Source: Candidatus Nomurabacteria bacterium RIFCSPHIGHO2_01_FULL_37_25 (GTDB taxonomy: Bacteria > Patescibacteriota > Minisyncoccia > Phycocordibacterales > UBA9973). From it: a stretch of DNA of 44,509 bases. Location: positions 1 to 44,509 of the forward strand of contig MFTH01000003.1 in assembly GCA_001786765.1 (NCBI GenBank), read 5' to 3'. This document shows, in pieces, positions 37,203 to 44,509 of this stretch; the stretch's first letter is position 1, and the number at the start of each line of letters is the position of its first letter. A program made the position numbers and the translations under genes. Below the pieces are notes generated by a model. It had not been told where the DNA came from and searched no databases. It saw nothing but the letters and a program-made list of their open reading frames with translations.

Positions 37203-38033
37203 ATGTCAAAGCTCAAAATCGGAATTGTTGGTCTGCCGAATGTGGGGAAGTCCACGCTTTTTAACGCGTTGACTAAAAAAAGCGTGCCGGCGGAGAATTA
37301 TCCTTTTTGCACGATTGATCCATCGGTCGGTATCGTTTCCGTTCCAGACGAGCGTTTGATTAATCTTTCAGAAATTTCTAAATCCAAAAAAACAATTCCC
37401 GCAGTAATTGAATTTGTAGATATTGCGGGGTTGGTAAAAGGCGCATCTCTAGGCGCAGGACTTGGCAATAAATTTCTTTCTCATATTCGTGAAGTGGATG
37501 CGATTATTGAGATGGTGCGGATTTTTGAAGATAAAGATATGATCCATGTCCACGATAAAGTTGATCCATTATTTGATATTGAAGTTATAAATTTTGAGCT
37601 TGACCAGGCGGGAATTAAGAAGCCGACGCTATATGTCCTGAATACTTCCGCTGTAGCCGAAAATGTGAAAATAGATTTTGCAGAATTTCTTTTGAAAATT
37701 CCGGGTCCGTATATAGAGGTAGATCCTATTTTTGGCACGGGTTTGGATAATCTAATAAAAGCGAGTTATGACTTACTCAACCTCATTACTTTTTTTACAA
37801 CCGGGGAGGACGAATCCAGAGCTTGGACAACTCTTCGCGGAGCGACTGCGCCATATGCGGGGCGTTCAATTCATACAGATTTCGAGCAGAAATTTATCCG
37901 AGCAGAAGTTGTGTCGTATGGACGATTAGTGGAAGCCGGTTCTTTTGCTAAAGCTCGCGAGAAAGGTTGGGTTCGCACCGAAGGCAAGGAATATATAGTC
38001 AAAGACGGCGATGTTATAGAATTTTTAATATAA
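37203..38033 (+). CDS. ychF: YchF/Ola1 ATPase, short form lacking most of the helical insertion
   Basis: GLPNVGKST, NYPFCTI, DIAGLV, FIRAEV, EGKEYIVKDGD; only 276 aa. Confidence 0.9.
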   Translation: MSKLKIGIVGLPNVGKSTLFNALTKKSVPAENYPFCTIDPSVGIVSVPDERLINLSEISKSKKTIPAVIEFVDIAGLVKGASLGAGLGNKFLSHIREVDAIIEMVRIFEDKDMIHVHDKVDPLFDIEVINFELDQAGIKKPTLYVLNTSAVAENVKIDFAEFLLKIPGPYIEVDPIFGTGLDNLIKASYDLLNLITFFTTGEDESRAWTTLRGATAPYAGRSIHTDFEQKFIRAEVVSYGRLVEAGSFAKAREKGWVRTEGKEYIVKDGDVIEFLI

Positions 38034-38038
38034 ATAAA

Positions 38039-38074
38039 TATCTAAGATTTTCGCATATGCGAAAATCTTAGATA
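38039..38074. repeat. Perfect 36-bp palindrome
   Basis: TATCTAAGATTTTCGCAT|ATGCGAAAATCTTAGATA with no loop. Confidence 0.9.
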
Positions 38075-38083
38075 GACTTCATT

Positions 38084-39040
38084 ATGCAAAATCAAATTAA
38101 AATTTTTTGTTTAAAAGAATGGTCAGCTGATTCTATTCAGGGTAAAAAAGATTATGAACTTTTGGATACCGGAGAAGGGGAGAAGTTAGAGAGATTTGGT
38201 CCGCATATTTTCGCGCGACCGTTTGAAGACGCAGTTTGGCCGAAGGCGCTGACAGAGGAATTGCAGAAAACTTGGGAGAATGCAGATGGTAAATTTTGGA
38301 GTGGAAAGACAGGCGCCAAAGCTGGATGGAAGATGTCAAAGAGACACTTTGACAAGTGGGAGATGGAATACAAAGGCATAAAGTTTTGGGCTATGCCGAC
38401 GCCGTTTAGGCATTTAGGATTTTTCCCGGAACAAGCGAGCCATTGGAATTTTATAGAAGATAAAATTTCCGCCTTGACCAGGTCAAGGCGGACAAAAAAT
38501 TCCTTACCAAACTTGCCCGATAGACCAATAAAGTTTTTAAATCTATTCGGCTATACTGGCGTAGCGAGCCTTTTTGCTTTGCGCGCCGGCGCGGAAGTGA
38601 CGCATGTGGACGCTTCAAAACAAGCTCTCACTTGGGCAAAAGATAATCAGAAATTGTCTAATTTAGAAAAATTACCAATGCGCGTAATCGAAGATGATGT
38701 TCTAAAATTTTTAGAAAGAGAAATAAAAAGAGGCAATAAGTATGATGCCGTTATCATGGATCCGCCCAAGTTCGGCCGAGGACCCAAAGGTGAGACTTGG
38801 AAAATTGAAGAAATGTTGCCGAAACTTCTTTCACTTGTGAAAAAAGTTTTAAATAATAAACCGCTTTTTGTAATTCTGACTTCCTATTCGACAGATTCTT
38901 CTGCGCTTTCTTTAGGATATGCGCTTGCTGAGATAGTAACCGATTATGGTGGAAAAGTAGAGGTGGGTGAGCTTTGCGCGCTAGAAAAGTCTAATAATCG
39001 TTTTATCTCGCTTGCTAATACAGCGGTGTGGGGTGTATAA
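38084..39040 (+). CDS. Class I SAM-dependent methyltransferase (RlmI/RlmK-like)
   Basis: LGFFPEQ, LNLFGYTG, HVDAS, IMDPPKFG. Confidence 0.85.
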   Translation: MQNQIKIFCLKEWSADSIQGKKDYELLDTGEGEKLERFGPHIFARPFEDAVWPKALTEELQKTWENADGKFWSGKTGAKAGWKMSKRHFDKWEMEYKGIKFWAMPTPFRHLGFFPEQASHWNFIEDKISALTRSRRTKNSLPNLPDRPIKFLNLFGYTGVASLFALRAGAEVTHVDASKQALTWAKDNQKLSNLEKLPMRVIEDDVLKFLEREIKRGNKYDAVIMDPPKFGRGPKGETWKIEEMLPKLLSLVKKVLNNKPLFVILTSYSTDSSALSLGYALAEIVTDYGGKVEVGELCALEKSNNRFISLANTAVWGV

Positions 39041-39047
39041 TACAGAT

Positions 39048-39653
39048 ATGAAAGAATTTATAAAAAAGAATTTTGCTATATTATTGGCTTTTGTTTTACC
39101 GATCTTATTAATAGTAATTGTTGCCTTGAATGTATATCTTCCGTCCCTTTTTATTTCTACTAGTTATAATTTTATTTATACATCTTGTATCGATGGGGAA
39201 AATTATTACCGTTCATATAATTGCAATAATTATCTCCAAAAACGCTATTCAGTTGTAGATAATAAATTGCTTGCCAATAATATAGACCCAACTTTAGATT
39301 CAGATAATGACAAGATACCTGATATTAACGAAAATTATACTGCCCGTATTTTTTTGCATGATACAGAAAAGAACGAAAGTAAAGAAATCACACTTGAAGA
39401 TGCGCAGAAACTCACACTTAATAGTCTTTTAACATCGCCTGAAGGTGTCACAGTTTCTAGTAATTACAGTTATCGCGGAGGTGATTTTTTCTTTCTTCCT
39501 TTTGGAGGCAGTTCTTCTTCTTATGGTTACTATTTAACGAAAGGAAAAAGTAAAACTAAACTCAATCTTATAAATGACAACGATCGATATTATTACCAAA
39601 ATAATTTCCAATTTATTGGCTGGGTTTTACCCGGTAGAGATGAAGCGAAATAA
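39048..39653 (+). CDS. Hypothetical membrane-anchored protein
   Basis: N-terminal TM; start at 39048 with TATAAT 6 nt upstream. Confidence 0.75.
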   Translation: MKEFIKKNFAILLAFVLPILLIVIVALNVYLPSLFISTSYNFIYTSCIDGENYYRSYNCNNYLQKRYSVVDNKLLANNIDPTLDSDNDKIPDINENYTARIFLHDTEKNESKEITLEDAQKLTLNSLLTSPEGVTVSSNYSYRGGDFFFLPFGGSSSSYGYYLTKGKSKTKLNLINDNDRYYYQNNFQFIGWVLPGRDEAK

Positions 39654-39679
39654 ATATAATTTATCATTAAATATTTTTT

Positions 39680-41029
39680 ATGACTAAAGAAGAATTATTA
39701 CAAGAGCTTTCTATTAAAATAAATAGTGGAGAAATAAGTAAAGGAGAGGTATTAGGTCGTTTAAACTTATCCACAATAGCTTCGTCCATAGAAGCAAAAT
39801 TAAGAATTCCTTCTAGCTTTTCTGTCACTAAACTTTTATACGTTTTAGGAGCTATTATCGCAATAGCGGGAATGTTTCTTTTTTCTTATCAAATTTGGAA
39901 TGATATAGGCTCTATCGGTAGAATTTCCATCACTTTGGGTCTAGGTTTGATGCTTACGGCTATTGGGTCAGTATTATCCAGAAATAAAACAGAAGAGGAG
40001 GGAGACACTATCGGAACAATTTTTCATTTTATGGGTGGATTGCTCATTCCTGGTGGATCTTTGGTTGCTCTCTTTGAATTTAGCACAGGCATGGATCCTT
40101 CATGGCCACTCGCACTTACATTTGGAACTATCTTTTTGTTTTATTTATTAATAAACTACATACACAAAAATGCTGTCTTAACTTTCTTCACCATAGCAAA
40201 TGGCACAGCCTTTATCTATCTTCTAGTTGAAGCAATTACCGGTGGTTTATTTTATGATTATGTTAACTTATATGCTTACCTCACTATGGTAATAGGGGCA
40301 TGTTATATTTTACTCGCACATTCTTTTCGCGATAGTTGGAATAGCAAACTCGTTCCAGTACTATACTTCTTTGGTTTTATTGGCGTAGAGTCTGCCGTAT
40401 TTGTTCAATATAACAATGTTACTTCTTGGGGAAGTCAGCATTCTATGTGGCCGGTTGTATTTTCTTTAGGGTTAATATTTATATTTTATTTGTTTTTGAA
40501 CTTCTCTCTTAAAAATGTTTTTCTGACACTTCTGACTATTATGAATGGCACAGCGTTCATTTATGTATTGGTGGAGGCATTAATAGGTGGTTCGTATTCT
40601 TTTGACACAGATATATATATGTATTTAACCATGGTTATAGGCTTGGTTTACATGTTATTATCTTATTCATTCCGTGATGGTCCAAATAGTAAGTTGGTTG
40701 AAATTCTAAATTTTTTCGGCATTACCGGTTTGCTTGGAGCAGCGTTCTCTCAGATTTATGGATCACTGCCTTGGCAGTTGTCCTTCCTTGTTTTAGTCAT
40801 AGGAGGATTTGTTTTTTCTATATACGCTAAAAGTCGCGCCATATTGGTAATTAGCACTCTTTTTCTTTTAGCTCATGTTTCTTATATTACTAGTGAGTAC
40901 TTTGCCGACTCGCTTGGTTGGCCTATCTCTCTTGTGATTCTCGGTTTTATATTTATAGGGCTTGGTTATCTCTCAATTAATATAAATAAGAAATATATTA
41001 AAGATCGTGAATTACAAAACTCTTTCTAG
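39680..41029 (+). CDS. Polytopic membrane protein (DUF2157-like) with an internal duplication
   Basis: More than 12 TM segments; the NGTAFIY...YLTMVIG...SFRD..NSKLV block occurs twice. Confidence 0.75.
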   Translation: MTKEELLQELSIKINSGEISKGEVLGRLNLSTIASSIEAKLRIPSSFSVTKLLYVLGAIIAIAGMFLFSYQIWNDIGSIGRISITLGLGLMLTAIGSVLSRNKTEEEGDTIGTIFHFMGGLLIPGGSLVALFEFSTGMDPSWPLALTFGTIFLFYLLINYIHKNAVLTFFTIANGTAFIYLLVEAITGGLFYDYVNLYAYLTMVIGACYILLAHSFRDSWNSKLVPVLYFFGFIGVESAVFVQYNNVTSWGSQHSMWPVVFSLGLIFIFYLFLNFSLKNVFLTLLTIMNGTAFIYVLVEALIGGSYSFDTDIYMYLTMVIGLVYMLLSYSFRDGPNSKLVEILNFFGITGLLGAAFSQIYGSLPWQLSFLVLVIGGFVFSIYAKSRAILVISTLFLLAHVSYITSEYFADSLGWPISLVILGFIFIGLGYLSININKKYIKDRELQNSF

Positions 41030-41138
41030 GCATGTCTTTTTCTAGGGTACGGATTTTTTTAAGCTTAAAAAATCCTGAAGTTCTCGGCTCGACAGCCTCG
41101 AAACCCCCTAAAAAAGACATGCCTTCGACGAGTTTCGT
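41014..41138. mobile_element. 125-bp nested-hairpin element, copy B
   Basis: Same internal orientation as 35516..35640, one mismatch at 41016; provides the TAG of the upstream gene. Confidence 0.9.
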
Positions 41139-41182
41139 AATTCAAAGTTAAAGAATAATTAAAAAATAATAAAAAATCACTT

Positions 41183-41211
41183 TTGCAAAAAAGTGGTTTT
41201 TTATGTATTAT
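41183..41211 (+). promoter_or_regulatory. sigma70 promoter for leuS, embedded in a hairpin at 41171-41202
   Basis: TTGCAA-17 bp-TATTAT, then 6 nt to ATG 41218. Confidence 0.7.
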
Positions 41212-41221
41212 AAAAGAATGA

Positions 41222-41304
41222 ATCCCGTTAGAAGCCGCGGTCGCAATAATTATAAGGTTGAATTAAGTAGTCACGGTATGACCGCGACCTGCTTCTAACG
41301 GGAT
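41222..41304. mobile_element. CCCGTTAGA/TCTAACGGG miniature element at the leuS start
   Basis: TIR ATCCCGTTAGAAG/CTTCTAACGGGAT; ATGAA direct repeat at 41218-41222 and 41303-41307. Confidence 0.9.
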
Positions 41305-44300
41305 GAAAGAATACGACCATAAAAAATTAGAGAAGAAATGGCAATCTATTTGGGAAAAAAAGAAAATATATCAAGCTCAAAACTCTTTTAAAAAACCCAA
41401 GTATTATAGTCTAATCGAGTTTCCTTATCCTTCTGGTGATGGGCTTCATGTCGGTCATCCGCGACCTTATATTGGGATGGATGTTATTTCTAGAAAAAGA
41501 AGGATGGAAGGTTTTAATGTCCTTTATCCTATAGGTTGGGATGCTTTTGGTTTGCCGACGGAAAATTATGCTATCAAGACAGGCAAGGACCCGCGAGTTG
41601 TCACTAAAGAAAATACTGATACTTTTCGTGGGCAAATAAAATCACTTGGCATTTCTTTTGATTGGTCGCGGGAGATAAATACGACTGACCCAAAATATTA
41701 CAAATGGACGCAGTGGATATTCTTGCAATTTTTAAAAAAAGGTTTGGCGTATAAAGCCAAAATGACGATCAATTGGTGTCCGAAATGTAAAATTGGTCTT
41801 GCTAATGAAGAGGTTGTCAATAATTCTTGCGAGCGTTGCGGAACGACAGTGGAGAAACGCAAAAAAGAACAATGGATGCTCGCCATTACTAAATACGCAG
41901 ATAGATTAGATAAAGATTTAGATGATGTAGATTATCTTCCTCAAATCAAACTAGGACAAAGGAATTGGATAGGACGGAGCGAAGGGGCAGAGATAGAATT
42001 TAAGATTACTGTGAAACAAAAAAATAATTTTGGCGCCTTCGCCCTCGGAGGCAAAGGACAGGGAACCCACGACGCTCAAAATCATTCTTTTGTTTCGCAG
42101 TCTGTAAAAGTTTTCACCACTCGACCTGATACTATTTTTGGAGTCACATTTATTGCTTTAGCGCCTGAAATCGCGAAAAAACTCACAGGTAAAGATTTTG
42201 GTATTAAGTCAGATGTTGATAGGGAAAATAAACAAAAAATAGGAGTGGATACCGGGCTTGAAGCAAAAAATCCCGCAAATGGCGAAATGATACCTGTTTT
42301 TGCGGTCAATTATGTATCAGCGGAATATGGCACCGGAGCTATTATGGGTGTGCCAGCGCATGACGAGAGAGATTTTGAATTTGCCAAGAAATATAATTTA
42401 CCGATTAAGGAAGTTATTGAACCGGTATTTGTTGATACTGAAGGTATTGACGCGGTGCAAAAAGATAAACCTATGGTAGAACGAGAAGCAATATTGGCTA
42501 TTGTTAAACATTGGTCGGAAGATAAATATCTGGGTCTAAAATGGAAAAAAGTTAATTGGGGAACTTTTATTAGTGGTGGAGTAGAAAAAGGTCAGACATC
42601 TGAACAAGCGGCTAGAGCCGAAATAGAAGAGGAAACAGGCTATTTTAATTTGAAATTAATTAAAACTCTTGGTCGTTATCATAGTAAATTTTTTCATACA
42701 CCAAAAAATGAAAATCGTTTTGGTCATTTTAACACTTTCTATTTTGAGTTAGAAAATGGGAAACAAAATGAAATATCTAAAGAAGAAAAAGAGAAACACG
42801 AAATATTGTGGCTTAGTCCCAAAGAGATAGAGAAATTTTTAACAACAGAAAGTTTGCGTTATAGGTGGAATATTTTACAGGGTTATAAAAAAATATATAC
42901 TGGCAGAGGAATTCTCGTCAATTCAGGTAAATTCTCTGGTATGGATTCGGAGAAAGCAAAGAAAGAAATTATAAAATTTGTTGGCGGGAAAGAAAAAACA
43001 ACTTTCAAACTTCGCGATTGGATTTTTTCAAGGCAAAGGTACTGGGGAGAACCGATACCGGTGATTTATTGTGAAAATTGCCGAGTCGGAAGCCTTGCTT
43101 CCGACAAACGGAAGCAAGGCTTCCGACTGGAAAATGCTGGCTGGATTCCAGTGCCGGAAAAAGATTTACCAGTAGAACTTCCAAAAGTTAAAAATTATCA
43201 GCCGACGGATAGCGGAGAATCACCGCTTGCGAATATTCCAAAATGGGTGAATGTAAAATGTCCGCAGTGTAAAGGTAAAGCTAAAAGAGAAACAGACACA
43301 ATGCCGAATTGGGCAGGTTCTAGCTGGTATTATCTTCGTTATACTGATGATAAAAACAAAAAAGAATTCGCTTCACAGAAAAATCTACGCTATTGGTTAG
43401 GGGTTGACCCCGTTAGAGAAAGGTCGCCCCAAGGTGACCGAAGCACTGCCTCTGGCAGGGCGTTCTCTAACGAGGTTGACCCCGTTAGAGAAAGGTCGCC
43501 CCAAGGTGACCGAAGCACTGCCTCTGGCAGGGCGTTCTCTAACGGGGTGGATTGGTACAATGGGGGAAATGAGCATACGACACTGCATCTTCTATATTCT
43601 CGTTTTTGGCATAAATTTCTTTTTGATTTAAAACTAGTCCCTACTAATGAGCCATATATGAAAAGAACTTCGCACGGACTTATTTTAGCCGAAGGCGGGG
43701 AAAAAATGTCTAAATCCAAGGGCAATGTTATTAATCCGAATGATATTGTGAAAATATATGGAGCAGATACGCTTAGATTGTATGAAATGTTTATGGGTCC
43801 GTTTGATCAGGCGATAGCTTGGAGCGAAGAAGCAATCATTGGCCCGAGGAGATTTTTGGAAAAAGTTTGGAGAATAGGAATGTCAAAGTGTCTCTTTGAC
43901 AAAAAATCACCAATGTCAAAGAGACACTTTGACATTACGAGACTTCTTCATAAAACCATCAAAAAAGTATCCGAAGATATAGAAGAAATGCGTTTTAATA
44001 CAGCAATTTCCGCGCTGATGATACTTGCAACAGAAATGGAAAAAGCTGAAAAGCTAACACCTGAAAGCTATAAGCTATTCCTGCAAATTCTTGCGCCATT
44101 TGCGCCACACATTGCAGAAGAGCTTTGGCAGAATCTGGCTCCCCAAGGTCTCGCCTTTGGCTTTCTTAAAGCGAGACCTTCTTCCTCCAGTATTCATTCC
44201 TCAGCTTGGCCGAAGTGGGATGAGAATTTAATAAAAGATGAAGAAATAAAAATTATAATTCAGATAAATGGAAAAGTTAGAACGGAGATTGTTATACAGG

Positions 44301-44434
44301 CTGATGATAAAGAAGAAGATGTAAAGAAGCAAGCTCTTGCCAATGAAGTTGTTTTGAGACACACAGAAGGCAAAGAAATCAAAAAGACTATTTATGTAAA
44401 AGATAGACTTATTAACATTGTTTTATCAAATTAA
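41303..44434 (+). CDS. leuS: Leucine--tRNA ligase with a Nudix domain insert and several in-frame palindromic inserts
   Basis: FPYPSG, LHVGH, GWDAFGLP, FTTRPDT, RQRYWGEPIP, KMSKS. Confidence 0.97.
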   Translation: MKEYDHKKLEKKWQSIWEKKKIYQAQNSFKKPKYYSLIEFPYPSGDGLHVGHPRPYIGMDVISRKRRMEGFNVLYPIGWDAFGLPTENYAIKTGKDPRVVTKENTDTFRGQIKSLGISFDWSREINTTDPKYYKWTQWIFLQFLKKGLAYKAKMTINWCPKCKIGLANEEVVNNSCERCGTTVEKRKKEQWMLAITKYADRLDKDLDDVDYLPQIKLGQRNWIGRSEGAEIEFKITVKQKNNFGAFALGGKGQGTHDAQNHSFVSQSVKVFTTRPDTIFGVTFIALAPEIAKKLTGKDFGIKSDVDRENKQKIGVDTGLEAKNPANGEMIPVFAVNYVSAEYGTGAIMGVPAHDERDFEFAKKYNLPIKEVIEPVFVDTEGIDAVQKDKPMVEREAILAIVKHWSEDKYLGLKWKKVNWGTFISGGVEKGQTSEQAARAEIEEETGYFNLKLIKTLGRYHSKFFHTPKNENRFGHFNTFYFELENGKQNEISKEEKEKHEILWLSPKEIEKFLTTESLRYRWNILQGYKKIYTGRGILVNSGKFSGMDSEKAKKEIIKFVGGKEKTTFKLRDWIFSRQRYWGEPIPVIYCENCRVGSLASDKRKQGFRLENAGWIPVPEKDLPVELPKVKNYQPTDSGESPLANIPKWVNVKCPQCKGKAKRETDTMPNWAGSSWYYLRYTDDKNKKEFASQKNLRYWLGVDPVRERSPQGDRSTASGRAFSNEVDPVRERSPQGDRSTASGRAFSNGVDWYNGGNEHTTLHLLYSRFWHKFLFDLKLVPTNEPYMKRTSHGLILAEGGEKMSKSKGNVINPNDIVKIYGADTLRLYEMFMGPFDQAIAWSEEAIIGPRRFLEKVWRIGMSKCLFDKKSPMSKRHFDITRLLHKTIKKVSEDIEEMRFNTAISALMILATEMEKAEKLTPESYKLFLQILAPFAPHIAEELWQNLAPQGLAFGFLKARPSSSSIHSSAWPKWDENLIKDEEIKIIIQINGKVRTEIVIQADDKEEDVKKQALANEVVLRHTEGKEIKKTIYVKDRLINIVLSN
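42008..42101. mobile_element. 94-bp in-frame MITE-like insert in leuS
   Basis: Long terminal stem ACTGTGAAACAAAA/TTTTGTTTCGCAGT with inner hairpins. Confidence 0.8.
43084..43128. repeat. 45-bp in-frame hairpin insert in leuS
   Basis: Perfect 20-bp arms AGTCGGAAGCCTTGCTTCCG with an ACAAA loop. Confidence 0.9.
43405..43548. mobile_element. Tandem 2 x 72-bp CCCGTTAGA/TCTAACGGG element in frame in leuS
   Basis: Encodes (DPVRERSPQGDRSTASGRAFSNE/GV)x2; the two units differ by very few bases. Confidence 0.92.
43879..43936. repeat. 58-bp in-frame inverted repeat in leuS
   Basis: Perfect 23-bp arms AATGTCAAAGTGTCTCTTTGACA with a 12-nt loop; the 22-mer also occurs at 38333-38354. Confidence 0.9.
44145..44180. 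repeat. 36-bp in-frame hairpin insert in leuS
   Basis: AAGGTCTCGC...GCGAGACCTT; encodes QGLAFGFLKARP. Confidence 0.8.
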
Positions 44435-44509
44435 TTTTTAATTATGTTATGATATTTATGGTTCACAAAGAAGAATATGCTTAGGCAATTTATTGTAAAA
44501 AAAATTATT

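Noticed and set aside
43405-43548. leuS tandem as a mini-CRISPR, or the antisense ORFs 43390..43725, 43397..43588 and 43404..43631 as genes
   Set aside because: The units are adjacent without unique spacers and lie in frame in leuS; the antisense ORFs are by-products of a GC-rich palindrome.
970-43725. The many 60-160 aa ORFs antisense or out of frame to long genes
   Set aside because: They are shadows of well-supported CDSs with no recognisable motifs or promoter spacing.

Overview
AT-rich bacterial chromosome segment. TGA serves as a stop, so the genetic code is standard. Gene content and style suggest a CPR/Patescibacteria (Parcubacteria-like) host; this is an inference. Bases 1-9.3 kb are an accessory island ending at tRNA-Asn(GTT). 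It contains a 20-codon scar of a serine recombinase N-terminus fused to the first of three ~80-100 bp att-like repeats. These repeats delimit cassette-like blocks: a Cys-repeat secreted protein with an M23-like protein; a NYN fusion with a DpnI-like pseudogene; and a TerS-like gene with membrane proteins, a collagen-like protein and a c4-like structured RNA. A GIY-YIG gene sits inside a duplicated tRNA 5' half. Bases 9.3-44.5 kb are core genes: MacAB-like ABC transporter, msrB/msrA, a glycogen cluster, hpf, fmt, def, hisS, lepB, pth, dnaE, gap/rpiB/rpe/split transketolase, PfkB, LTD-PKD protein, a short YchF, a methyltransferase and leuS with a Nudix insert. This core is peppered with several families of palindromic miniature elements. 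One family lands on start codons and creates uORFs, one occupies the same 16-bp target in opposite orientations, one supplies the stop codons of two convergent genes, and at least five sit in frame inside leuS. Most genes have a -10 box 6-7 nt before the ATG, which suggests leaderless mRNAs. All protein family calls are from motif recognition by eye; no database searches were run.
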